Source of the DNA: an uncultured Bacteroidales bacterium
GTDB lineage: Bacteria; Bacteroidota; Bacteroidia; Bacteroidales; F082
Reading direction: 5' to 3'
DNA length: 64,000 bases
Assembly: GCA_946185535.1 (NCBI GenBank)
Contig: CAMHJX010000010.1
Span: 18,492-82,491 of the forward strand
Each line of letters begins with the position of its first letter. Positions within the stretch are counted from its first letter, which is position 1. Below, piece after piece: positions 1 to 8,333 of the stretch. The position numbers and the translations under genes were made by a program. The notes beneath the pieces were generated by a model. It was not told the origin of the DNA and searched no databases. It saw nothing but the letters and a program-made list of their open reading frames with translations.

Positions 1-1997
1 GCCTGGCCGTTGGCATCGGTGTTGCCTTCCCAGTCGTCCCAGTTCTCCACGACTTCATCGAAGTCCTTGATCTTGTTTTGGCTCAAGGCGGCATTGGCCT
101 CGATGGTCAACCATTTGGTGGGACTCACGCCGGCTTGCAGCTCGACGCCCATGCGGTACGAGTCCTTGATATTGGTGGTAAGGGCCTCGCCGATGTCGCT
201 GACCGCGCCGGTCTGCACGAACTGGTTGGTGTAGTCCATATAATAAAAGTTGGCGCCTGCCTGCCAGATGCGTCCATTGTAGTTGTAGCCCAACTCATAG
301 TCGAGGAGTTGTTCGGGCTTGGGGAAGGGATAGGAGCCGTTGTCGGTGAAGTTGTTACGCTCGGGCTCGCGGTGGCTCATGGCCACGGAGGCATAGGCGT
401 GGTGGCTGTCCGTGTCGAAGGAGATGCCGCCCTTGGGGTTGAAGAAGGGGTACTTCTCGTGGATGTTGAGTTCCTGGTTGTAGTATTGGCTGTCTTCTTC
501 GTAGAACTTGTCATTGATGCCATTGGTTTTGTAGTCCACATAGCGGAACTGCATGTCGCCGAAGACGGTCCAGTGGTCGGCGAAGGTGTAGGCCGCTTTG
601 ACGAAGACGTTGCCGTCGAGCTTCTGTGCATCGGAGTCATAGTATTTGTAGTCGCCATCGGCGAGATATTTGTTAGCGACGTCTTGGTTGGCGATATAAT
701 TCACATAACCAAAGTGGTTGCCTTGGAAATTCTGGGCCGAGATACCGCCGATGACATTCCAGTTTGCATTCTTGTAACGGGTGAACCACACGAGGCCATA
801 GGTGTCTTGACGCAGTCCTTTCTTGCGGACAAAGTCAGTCTTTTTCACAGTGTTGCCGTCATTGTCTTTATAGGTCATGCCGAACTTCGAAAGCTTGTTG
901 TTGGGGCGGAACTCCTCGTAATAGCCGTAGCCGTAGGTGTAGTGCAGCGTGGCCGTGGTCGACCAGTGTTCGTTGATCTCCCAAGCGGCGGAGAGCAGGT
1001 TGTGGTCTTGCCAGAAGTTGTCGGTGGTGCGGTCCCAGAAGGTGCCGTCGTTCATCTGGTAGCGTTGAGTCATGTAATGGCCGTTTTCGTCCTGGACGAA
1101 GTTGCCGTCCTCATCGGTAACAAGGTATTCATAGAGCGAGTTGAACTGTCCCAAGCCCACCTTATACATATCGGCGTAGGTCTTGATGCCCGTGGGGATG
1201 CCGTAGGTGCCATCCATGAGGCTCATGTCGTTGTTGCCTGCCGTCACACCATTCCAGGCCTGGCCGGTCATCTCGAAGTTACCGATGTTCTTATAACGGA
1301 GGATGAAGTTCTTGCCCATCCAGGTAAGGCCACCGTAGTAGCTGCCGCTGCGGCCTTTGGTGCCATGGATGAAGCCGTTGGTGTGGGTCTCATGGTAGGC
1401 TCCGTCGATGATAAGGTGGTTCCACAACAAGCCCGTGGAGGCCTTGGCGCCGAAGTTGAGCGTGTTGAATGAGCCATAGGAGCCTGTGATCTCGGCACTC
1501 GGCACGAAGGAAGGTTTGGCCGATGTCAGGGATATCGTGCCGCCAAAGGCACCGTCGCCATTGGTGGAGCTACCCACGCCGCGTTGGATCTGCACCGAGC
1601 CGAGCAGCGAGCCGTAACTGTTCATGTTGGCCCAGAATACGCACTGGTCTTCGGGCGAATTGAGCGACACACCGTCGAGGGTGACATTGATACGCGAGTC
1701 GCCGGCGCCACGGATGCGCATGTATGAGGTGCCGGAGCCAATACCGTTCTCACCCCATGCGATGATGCCGGGTGTCTTGGCGAACAAGAAGGGGAGTTCC
1801 TGACCGGTTTTCGAAAAGTCGTTGAGTTCCACCTTCTCGATGTTGGTGACGGAAAAGGGGGCATTCTTTTGGAGGCGCACGCCGTTGATTATCACCTCAT
1901 CCAGGTTTTGAACATTAGTGGTGTCTAGGTTTTGTGCATGAAGGCTCATCGTCACGAAAGTGGCGAAAGCAAGAAAAATGATGTGTTTTTTGAGCAT
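1..1997 (-). CDS. TonB-dependent outer-membrane receptor, N-terminal ~665 codons (3' end lies beyond the left edge)
   Basis: My own reverse-complement translation from the ATG at 1997 gives MLKKHIIFLAFATFVTMSLHAQNLDTTNVQNLDEVIINGVRLQKNAPFSVTNIEKVELNDFSKTGQ..., i.e. a signal peptide plus plug-domain style N-terminus. A spot check further in (..GDGAFGGTISLTSAKPSFVP..) stays open. The 464-aa + strand ORF 78..1472 is its antisense shadow. A TPP riboswitch precedes it. Confidence 0.85.
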   Translation of the reverse strand, partial: MLKKHIIFLAFATFVTMSLHAQNLDTTNVQNLDEVIINGVRLQKNAPFSVTNIEKVELNDFSKTGQELPFLFAKTPGIIAWGENGIGSGTSYMRIRGAGDSRINVTLDGVSLNSPEDQCVFWANMNSYGSLLGSVQIQRGVGSSTNGDGAFGGTISLTSAKPSFVPSAEITGSYGSFNTLNFGAKASTGLLWNHLIIDGAYHETHTNGFIHGTKGRSGSYYGGLTWMGKNFILRYKNIGNFEMTGQAWNGVTAGNNDMSLMDGTYGIPTGIKTYADMYKVGLGQFNSLYEYLVTDEDGNFVQDENGHYMTQRYQMNDGTFWDRTTDNFWQDHNLLSAAWEINEHWSTTATLHYTYGYGYYEEFRPNNKLSKFGMTYKDNDGNTVKKTDFVRKKGLRQDTYGLVWFTRYKNANWNVIGGISAQNFQGNHFGYVNYIANQDVANKYLADGDYKYYDSDAQKLDGNVFVKAAYTFADHWTVFGDMQFRYVDYKTNGINDKFYEEDSQYYNQELNIHEKYPFFNPKGGISFDTDSHHAYASVAMSHREPERNNFTDNGSYPFPKPEQLLDYELGYNYNGRIWQAGANFYYMDYTNQFVQTGAVSDIGEALTTNIKDSYRMGVELQAGVSPTKWLTIEANAALSQNKIKDFDEVVENWDDWEGNTDANGQ

Positions 1998-2053
1998 AAC
2001 TCGTTGATTTAAAGATTAATAATTCAATAAATCAATAGAGGAATGATGAGGAA

Positions 2054-2157
2054 CTCGATTCCCTGTCTCGGCATTATCCGTATCAGGTGCAAAGGGTTTG
2101 ATCTCAGCCTGTCTTTCAATCCGCAAGCGGATAAGGCACCCCTATTGGTATCGGTGA
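2054..2157 (-). promoter_or_regulatory. TPP (THI-box) riboswitch in the 5' leader of the TonB-dependent receptor
   Basis: The reverse complement reads AUAGGGGUGCCUUAUCCGCUUGCGGAUUGAAAGACAGGCUGAGAUCAAACCCUUUGCACCUGAUACGGAUAAUGCCGAGACAGGGAAUCGAG. It has the invariant THI-box blocks GGGGUGC, GCUGAGA, ACCCUUUG.ACCUGAU, GGAUAAUGCC and AGGGA in canonical order. Confidence 0.85.
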
Positions 2158-2165
2158 CAAAAATA
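2158..2165 (-). promoter_or_regulatory. Bacteroidota -7 promoter box (TATTTTTG) for the riboswitch/receptor transcript
   Basis: Matches the TAnnTTTG consensus on the minus strand immediately upstream of the riboswitch 5' end. Confidence 0.5.
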
Positions 2166-2369
2166 CAGCTTTTTTTGATTACTTATTCAAAAATTTTTGC
2201 CTACTATGTCATTCCTAGCAGAGGTTATGTGCGGATGGAATCTATAGGAGGCAAAAATTATGTTGTAGTTGAAATAAAGCACTATGAATTGTTTGATGAA
2301 AATCCCTGCTGGCCATAGATTCCCGCCTACCCGCAAGCCTATGTTGGAATGACATAGCCAGCAAGGATT

Positions 2370-3461
2370 TTAAACCCCAACAAAATAACACAAATACCCG
2401 CAAACAGCCGCCACCAAGGCATTAACTATCTTTGCTTTCAAGAAACTCCTTTTGCTCTCGGCAAGCAGCGGCAGCGAGGCATGGCCGTCCTGCGAGATGG
2501 AGCTGGCTAGTAGCACAGAGAAAGGCACAGTACTCGTGGCAAACAAAGTGACGAACAGCAAATGCGGCCCCGATTCGGGGATGATGCCTACCAAGACGGC
2601 CAACAGGATCATCCATGGGATGTTGTTGCTGATAAGGGTTTCAATGTCAAAGTAATGCAGACCGACCTGGATGACAAACAAGGCGCCGAAGGTCCAGAGG
2701 AAGATGCTCAAGAAATGCTTGCGGATGATGTGCTCCCAAAGGTGTTCCTTGACGACATGCTCGGGTGCCGTGGCGATGAACCACACCACGAAGAGGCTCA
2801 CGATGGCGAAGATGAGGTTCATCCAATACTCGTCGAAGATGTTCAGCTGGGTGTGGACGGCTTCCTCGTGTTCATGTTCGTGTTCCAGCATGCCGAAAGC
2901 GAGGGCAGCGATGAACAGGATGACGCCAAGCAGCAGGGCGATACGCTCCGCACTGGCATGGCGCATGTTGCGGAATGATGCTTTCTCGGGTTGGTGCGTC
3001 TTATCATGGTGGTCTTCCTCATGAATCTGGTAGCCGTCTTCGCAGCCTTCATGTTGGGTTTTGTTGTTTGGCTTGGAGAATCTGTCCACCAGCCAGCCGG
3101 CAAGGATGGCAATGGCGAACAAGACCACCATCAGCAGCAAGGCCTCCTTGGGAATCATGGCAAGCATGATGAAGGCTTCATCGCCCGATGAGGCAATCAT
3201 CATGGCGATCAAGGCGCCGAAGCTCAACAGCTTATGCGAGTACATCGACACGGCGGCAAAACCGCCCATGCAGCCCGGGATGATGCCCAAGCCCGCACCC
3301 AAAACCACCTGTCCGAAGCGGCTATGGCGCAGACGCGAGAACCATTTCCCGTGGGAATGTATGTTGACATACTCGATCATCAGCATCATGATAATCACTA
3401 GGCCAGTGATTAAGACGCTGTTTCTCAGTACATCCAATGACAAATGCAAAAAGTCGTGCAT
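2370..3461 (-). CDS. Polytopic membrane permease of the ArsP_2 / 'putative manganese or heavy-metal transporter' type, with His-rich loops
   Basis: From the ATG at 3461: MHDFLHLSLDVLRNSVLITGLVIIMMLMIEYVNIHSHGKWF...GIIPGCMGGFAAVSMYSHKLLSFGALIAMMIASSGDEAFIMLAMIP. About 10 hydrophobic segments, plus central HEEDHHDKTH and EHEHEHEE loops. The track ORF (2370..3800) extends 113 codons upstream across the rimM promoter region, which I reject. Confidence 0.6.
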   Translation of the reverse strand: MHDFLHLSLDVLRNSVLITGLVIIMMLMIEYVNIHSHGKWFSRLRHSRFGQVVLGAGLGIIPGCMGGFAAVSMYSHKLLSFGALIAMMIASSGDEAFIMLAMIPKEALLLMVVLFAIAILAGWLVDRFSKPNNKTQHEGCEDGYQIHEEDHHDKTHQPEKASFRNMRHASAERIALLLGVILFIAALAFGMLEHEHEHEEAVHTQLNIFDEYWMNLIFAIVSLFVVWFIATAPEHVVKEHLWEHIIRKHFLSIFLWTFGALFVIQVGLHYFDIETLISNNIPWMILLAVLVGIIPESGPHLLFVTLFATSTVPFSVLLASSISQDGHASLPLLAESKRSFLKAKIVNALVAAVCGYLCYFVGV

Positions 3462-3496
3462 GATTTGAAAAATGAGCTGCAAAAATAAGAAATTCC

Positions 3497-3504
3497 TATA
3501 TTTG
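3497..3504 (+). promoter_or_regulatory. -7 promoter box TATATTTG upstream of rimM
   Basis: TAnnTTTG match. The ~170-nt leader that follows contains REP-like hairpins (ATTGCGGA..TCCGCAAT, GATGGCGGA..TCCGCCATGATG). Confidence 0.4.
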
Positions 3505-3683
3505 CAGCGAAAAAGAAAAAGGACTGGGATAACGAGACTTATCCTTTTAATCATCATTGCGGACTTGATCCGCAATCTCCTAAGCGGAAGGATTCGTTTT
3601 CTTGCTTGGGAGATGGCGGATGTCCCTCCGCCATGATGACTAGAGGAAGAATGTAGTTCTTCTCGGTCAGTTATCGGTGTAAT

Positions 3684-4208
3684 ATGAAAAAAGAAGACTG
3701 TTTTTACCTCGGCAAGATTGCCAAGACACACGGACTGAAAGGGGAGGTGACTCTTAAAGTGGAGGCCGATGATCCTTCCGCATACCTTGAGATGAAGCAT
3801 TTTTTCCTAGAAATCAATAAGGTGCTGACCCCTTTCTTCGTGGAGAAGATTACGATGAGCGGTGATAAATTCTTTATTGCTATTCAAGACATGAAGACTA
3901 TTGAGGCAGTGCAACATCTAGTCGGAAAGTCAGTGTATTTATCTTTGGAAATGTTGCCCAAGCTCAGCGGCAAGCAGTTCTATTTCCATGAGATTGTGGG
4001 CTTTACCGTGGTCGACACGGAGAAAGGCGAACTTGGACCCGTTAGTCAGGTGCTGGAATACCCCACGCAGGCCATCCTGCAGATAATGAAAGACAAAAAA
4101 GAAATCCTTATCCCGATTTTGGACCAGGTCATTCAAAATGTAGACAGAACTAAGAAAATACTTACGATTACGGCTCCTGAAGGGCTGATAGACATGTATT
4201 TGCAATGA
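3684..4208 (+). CDS. rimM: Ribosome maturation factor RimM
   Basis: 174 aa. N-terminus LGKIAKTHGLKGEVTLKV is typical of RimM, followed by a PRC-barrel-like C-terminus. Shares a 4-bp ATGA overlap with the next gene. Confidence 0.9.
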   Translation: MKKEDCFYLGKIAKTHGLKGEVTLKVEADDPSAYLEMKHFFLEINKVLTPFFVEKITMSGDKFFIAIQDMKTIEAVQHLVGKSVYLSLEMLPKLSGKQFYFHEIVGFTVVDTEKGELGPVSQVLEYPTQAILQIMKDKKEILIPILDQVIQNVDRTKKILTITAPEGLIDMYLQ

Positions 4209-4918
4209 CCGACGCGCGCCCATTTCATTTCAAGCATTTCAGCCTCTACCATCATCGCTCGACAATGAAGGTGGGCACCGATGCCATTTTGTTGGGACGC
4301 TGGACAGAGGTCAAGCCATTGGACATTGTGCTGGATATCGGCACGGGCTGCGGATTACTGCCGCTCATGCTCTCGCAAAAGGGAGTGGCGCATGTGGATG
4401 CCGTTGACATCGACAAAGCCTCCATCGAAGAGGCGACGATCAATTTCGAAGCCTCGCAGTGGCGTGAGCATCTTAAGGCCTATTGCATCGATATCGTTGA
4501 TTTCCAAAAGGAAAAGAGATATGACCTCATTGTTTCCAACCCACCGTTCTTCAACCGTTTTTCGAAATGCGACTCGGAGCGTAAGAGTCGTGCGCGGCAC
4601 AACGACGCGGGGCTATCGTTTGCCACGATATGCCAAGAGGTTGGTCGTTTGATGCAGCCTGATGGTCGTTTTGCATTGGTGTTGCCTGCTGATGTGTCAA
4701 TGGAGTTTCTTGATACTGCGGAGCGTTACGGGCTTTATCTTCACAAGAGGATGATCATCGTGCCGATAGCGGGGAAGGAGCCCAATCGCGTCAATCTGGA
4801 ACTGGGTTTTGGGAAATGCGATAGTGTTTTTGAGGAGACCTTTGTCATCCGCGATGCAGACAAGCGTTTCACGCCGCAATACAACGAATTTCTGAAGGAT
4901 TATTATTTAGGTCTATAA
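4205..4918 (+). CDS. tRNA1(Val) (adenine37-N6)-methyltransferase (YfiC/TrmN6 family)
   Basis: FKHFSL.HHRSTMKVGTDAILLG opening, SAM motif VLDIGTGCGLL and catalytic LIVSNPPFF motif. Confidence 0.8.
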   Translation: MTDARPFHFKHFSLYHHRSTMKVGTDAILLGRWTEVKPLDIVLDIGTGCGLLPLMLSQKGVAHVDAVDIDKASIEEATINFEASQWREHLKAYCIDIVDFQKEKRYDLIVSNPPFFNRFSKCDSERKSRARHNDAGLSFATICQEVGRLMQPDGRFALVLPADVSMEFLDTAERYGLYLHKRMIIVPIAGKEPNRVNLELGFGKCDSVFEETFVIRDADKRFTPQYNEFLKDYYLGL

Positions 4919-4955
4919 CCCTCTCTAAACTCTACACTCTAAACTCTACACTAAA
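4919..4955. repeat. Short tandem repeat (CTCTAAACTCTACA-type) between convergent genes
   Basis: cctctctaaactctacactctaaactctacactaaac. This is the complement of the TTTAGAG family seen at 42081-42215. Confidence 0.7.
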
Positions 4956-5819
4956 CTATTGTCCCTTTTTCGAGGCCTCTTTGTTTGCCTTGGCTCGATG
5001 CTCATTAAACATATACACCACCCTCAGAGTGATGCTGTTGTTGTACTGGCGTTGCAGGGGTTGCACTCGCGAGTCGTCGGTTTTCAGGAGGGTTTCGTTG
5101 GTGTCTTTGTAGAACAGGCGTGTACGAATGGGCATCAGCGAGTATTGGTAGCGCAATTCAGCATGGATGCCTTCCCAGATGCGGACTCGGGCATCGGCGC
5201 AAATGCAGAAATCGTTGCCTCGATAGCTGTCGGAGTTGGCAATCACTTGTGGAACCAGCTCTTCGATGGCTGCGTCTTGCGGATAGCCCGCCGTATAAAG
5301 CATTTTGGTCAATTCCTTGATGTTGGTTGCTTGGCTGACATCGGGGAGGCCTTCTCTGTCCTCTCTCCAATGGATTTGTCCGTCACCCAAACGGATGGAC
5401 GAGGATTGTCCGTTGATGTATTCTTGGAGTCCGACAATGCGCCCGTATGACACGCCGACGCCGAGGCTATAGCGATCCTTGTCGGTCACATAGATCATCA
5501 CTGGGATTTCGGCATAGTTGAGGTTCAGTTTATAACGCCCCGAATACAGTCCAAGATGGGGGTTGATGGAATCGCCCTTGTAGGCACCTTTTTGGTTGAA
5601 AAGCACCTCAAGGCCGACATCCAACCAGTTGGTGATGGGGATTAAGGCACCGGCACCGACATGGACGCCCGGCTTGCGGTAATGGTAGCATTCGTCGCCG
5701 TCCACTTGGCAAATATTGCCGCCCAAGATCAGTTCGCCTTTGACGATTTGGGCATGGAGCAGGGCAGGAGCGGCCAAAGTGAAGGCCAACAGTAGGGTAA
5801 CTATTCTTAATCTCTTCAT
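4956..5819 (-). CDS. Outer-membrane beta-barrel protein (porin/PorT-like family)
   Basis: Signal peptide MKRLRIVTLLLAFTLAAPALLHAQ, alternating beta-strand pattern and an aromatic C-terminal strand region (ITLRVVYMF). It has its own TATTTTTG box at 5877-5884 (minus). Confidence 0.6.
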   Translation of the reverse strand: MKRLRIVTLLLAFTLAAPALLHAQIVKGELILGGNICQVDGDECYHYRKPGVHVGAGALIPITNWLDVGLEVLFNQKGAYKGDSINPHLGLYSGRYKLNLNYAEIPVMIYVTDKDRYSLGVGVSYGRIVGLQEYINGQSSSIRLGDGQIHWREDREGLPDVSQATNIKELTKMLYTAGYPQDAAIEELVPQVIANSDSYRGNDFCICADARVRIWEGIHAELRYQYSLMPIRTRLFYKDTNETLLKTDDSRVQPLQRQYNNSITLRVVYMFNEHRAKANKEASKKGQ

Positions 5820-5876
5820 TATTGTTCGATTTCTAGGATTAACTGATTTGTGGCGTTTTTATTGCGAAACCGGCTG

Positions 5877-5884
5877 CAAAAATA
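5877..5884 (-). promoter_or_regulatory. -7 box TATTTTTG for the beta-barrel gene
   Basis: The minus strand reads TGTATTTTTGCAG, 58 nt upstream of the ATG at 5819. Confidence 0.45.
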
Positions 5885-5889
5885 CAAAA

Positions 5890-8304
5890 TCATCGTTGAT
5901 TCAAAATTTGTCCCGATACGCTGTATCGTTTTCCGTCCTTGATGATGACGATGTGTCCGTCTTCGATCACTTTCTGGACAGAAGGCTCTTGGCTTTCCTG
6001 GTTGCCGTTTTCATCAATGCCAAAGTCCGTCTTCACGATGGTGTCGGACCAAATGATTTCCGACTCGACACCGTTGGCGTACACTTCGCTGATGCCGAAA
6101 CGGTATTCTCCAGCTTGAGCCTCATTCCAGGTGTAGTCGATATAGGATGTGCTGGTGACTTCATCTGCCAGCATTAGGCTGTTCCCTTCGCTGTCGGCAC
6201 GATAGATTCGATAGCCCATGATTTGTTCCAGACGGCTCTTGATTTCATAAATGCGAATGGAGAAGCCAATGGCAATAAACATGGCATCTTTGCCATCGTA
6301 TTTCCCAATGTGGGCTCCAACTCCGTAGGTGTAATCCCAGCCTGGATCCATCAAAGGACGGTCCAAGATAATGTTGTTGGTGATGTCATAATCGTAAACT
6401 CCAGTTTCACCTGACAGCAATAAGTGAGGGGTCCCGTCTTTTGCGGTGAAGTAGCCTGAGCCATAGATGGGTTCTGGTGCTGTTGGACTGAACATGATTC
6501 TTTGTCCTTGACGGTCATAAAGGATTGCTTCCTTATTATGGTCAATCCAAAAGCCGTCATATTCAGGGTCGTAGGTCGTTGCCCCGAACCAAATGCCCAT
6601 ATCTATGCTGTCGTTGACAGTTTTGTTGTAAAGGTCTATACTATATAAAACACTGAGTCCTGAACGTACACAATTACTATAAAAGTAAGTCCCATCGTAA
6701 GCAATGCCTAAAGTTTCCGGGACGCCTTCCACATTGAACTTTTCGAGCAATTCTCCATCCATGGTGTATTTTCCGTATGAGAAAGGAGGGTTGTCCCAAT
6801 ATGCGTAGTTGACATAGATGTGTTCGCCGTCGGTGGCCACGCCGCCACATTCCTCATTACTGTCAATTTCCTTGAGGAGGCTCCACTCTGTATCAGCTTT
6901 GCTCCATGAAAGGCTTACACTAGTGCTATTCGGGTTGTTCGCCTCGGGTGAATAACTTGCCGTGATTTGACCAACTGGAAAACCGGAGAAGTAAGCCTCA
7001 ATGTCGAGGATGTCTTCTTCCACGCTAAGGGTTATGGATGGTATGTTGGATATGGTTTCCCCGTTTCTCTTCCAACAATAAAACTGGTAGCCTTCTGCCG
7101 GAATTGCTGTCAAAGTGCATGAATCACCAATATGGTATTCGCCATTGCCATTGATAGCGCCTGCTGTTGATGGATAGGCTGTGGCTTCCACAGCCCAAGG
7201 TTCATATTCTGGATTGATGTCGAGGATGGCGAAGTTTTTTTCGTTAAAGCTATATCCGATCGGATTCAGATGTCCCAAGGCGAAATAGCCGTTGGCGCGA
7301 CCCCATCCCCAATTAAAGTGTAGCAAGTCGTTGCCGTCGTAGCCGTCACAAACGAAGGCATGGCTGCCTTGGCTGCCTTTACCTCCATAGAATACGGGTC
7401 GTTGTAAGTCAAGACAGGCCTTCAGCATCGAAATCCATTCTTCGTCGCTGAAATCACTTCGCTTTTCGATATGGAGCCGTCTTGAATAATTGAAGTAGCG
7501 TATCAATGCATCGGGCACATCTCCTGAATCAGCACCAGAACCGTTGGTGGTATATTGCATGTCAACGGAAACGCCGCAATGGAACAGTAAGGTTGCCACC
7601 GCCTCAACTTCAATGTCGCTGGAATTGTCGGTCAGCGAATCGGGCATGTGATCCCAGTCGTAGACGGTGTTGCCGAAATCAGCGGAAAGTGTGAGGCCCG
7701 CATTGAAATAGGAATGCGACCCCCAGCCAGTTTCCGGATAGCGCCAATAGTGCATAATCTGACCCATGGCCACGGCTACGCAGCCCACTTCGGCATGGCC
7801 ACACGGGACTTTTGAAAAGGTGGGGCAGAGTTCGTTGTAATGGCATCCCTGCTCCCACATTTCGGTCAGCAGGGGCTCAACGGCTGTGGCAGTCTTGCTT
7901 TCGTTGAGCCGCCCAGTGTTCTTCACTAGTTCCCATTGCCTTGCCGTGAGTTCATCCGCTTCAAGATGGTTTTCGATGCCATATTGTATCCTTGCGACGA
8001 AGTCCTGCAAATAGGCCTCCATTTGCACGGGAACGGTGTTCGGGCCGAAACGGCCTTCAAGGGAATAGCCGATGATGGGTGTTTCGCAATCGTCGGCCGA
8101 AACGATGACGAAGCCGTCGTCGGTATTGAAGACATAGAATGCAGACCCACTCTTGTCTGTTCGATAAGTGGAGACTAGTTGCACATCGCTTGCTCCCATG
8201 AACTTGACGGCGATGGATTGCGCTGTTTGCAGGTCGATGGGGCGGGCAGCAGTGCTTAAAAACAACCCGAAAAAGGCGATGCAGAGAAGGGAGATGCGTT
8301 TCAT
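5890..8304 (-). CDS. Secreted C10-family (SpeB/interpain-type) cysteine protease, paralog 1 (variable domain type A)
   Basis: The ATG at 8304 gives MKRISLLCIAFFGLFLSTAARP (the track ORF starts at an upstream TTG, 8337). Spi-type propeptide (FYVFNTDDGFVIVSADD..PIIGYS). Catalytic Cys context GHAEVGCVAVAMGQIMHYW and His context GSHAFVCDGYD..HFNWGWG. Ig-like and Fn3-like modules. C-terminal SVQKVIEDGHIVIIKDGKRYSVSGQ motif. Confidence 0.85.
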   Translation of the reverse strand: MKRISLLCIAFFGLFLSTAARPIDLQTAQSIAVKFMGASDVQLVSTYRTDKSGSAFYVFNTDDGFVIVSADDCETPIIGYSLEGRFGPNTVPVQMEAYLQDFVARIQYGIENHLEADELTARQWELVKNTGRLNESKTATAVEPLLTEMWEQGCHYNELCPTFSKVPCGHAEVGCVAVAMGQIMHYWRYPETGWGSHSYFNAGLTLSADFGNTVYDWDHMPDSLTDNSSDIEVEAVATLLFHCGVSVDMQYTTNGSGADSGDVPDALIRYFNYSRRLHIEKRSDFSDEEWISMLKACLDLQRPVFYGGKGSQGSHAFVCDGYDGNDLLHFNWGWGRANGYFALGHLNPIGYSFNEKNFAILDINPEYEPWAVEATAYPSTAGAINGNGEYHIGDSCTLTAIPAEGYQFYCWKRNGETISNIPSITLSVEEDILDIEAYFSGFPVGQITASYSPEANNPNSTSVSLSWSKADTEWSLLKEIDSNEECGGVATDGEHIYVNYAYWDNPPFSYGKYTMDGELLEKFNVEGVPETLGIAYDGTYFYSNCVRSGLSVLYSIDLYNKTVNDSIDMGIWFGATTYDPEYDGFWIDHNKEAILYDRQGQRIMFSPTAPEPIYGSGYFTAKDGTPHLLLSGETGVYDYDITNNIILDRPLMDPGWDYTYGVGAHIGKYDGKDAMFIAIGFSIRIYEIKSRLEQIMGYRIYRADSEGNSLMLADEVTSTSYIDYTWNEAQAGEYRFGISEVYANGVESEIIWSDTIVKTDFGIDENGNQESQEPSVQKVIEDGHIVIIKDGKRYSVSGQILNQR

Positions 8305-8333
8305 ATTTTTTTTTGTTTTTATTATTATCGTTT

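Noticed and set aside
78-1472. 464-aa + strand ORF (V/G/A/E-rich)
   Set aside because: It is the antisense shadow of the minus-strand TonB-dependent receptor. Its composition is atypical, it has no motifs, and the minus-strand frame gives a convincing signal peptide and plug domain.
3511-3683. Four consecutive hairpins upstream of rimM, considered as an SRP RNA, sRNA or ribosomal leader
   Set aside because: No SRP domain IV motif is present. One hairpin (GATGGCGGATGTCCCTCCGCCATGATG) is a near copy of a repeat at 58298-58325, so these look like dispersed REP-like elements sitting in a 5' leader rather than a dedicated RNA gene.
3462-3800. N-terminal 113-codon extension of the permease ORF (track 2370..3800)
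   Set aside because: The extension crosses the rimM promoter and REP-like hairpins and overlaps the rimM start. The internal ATG at 3461 begins the hydrophobic permease body.
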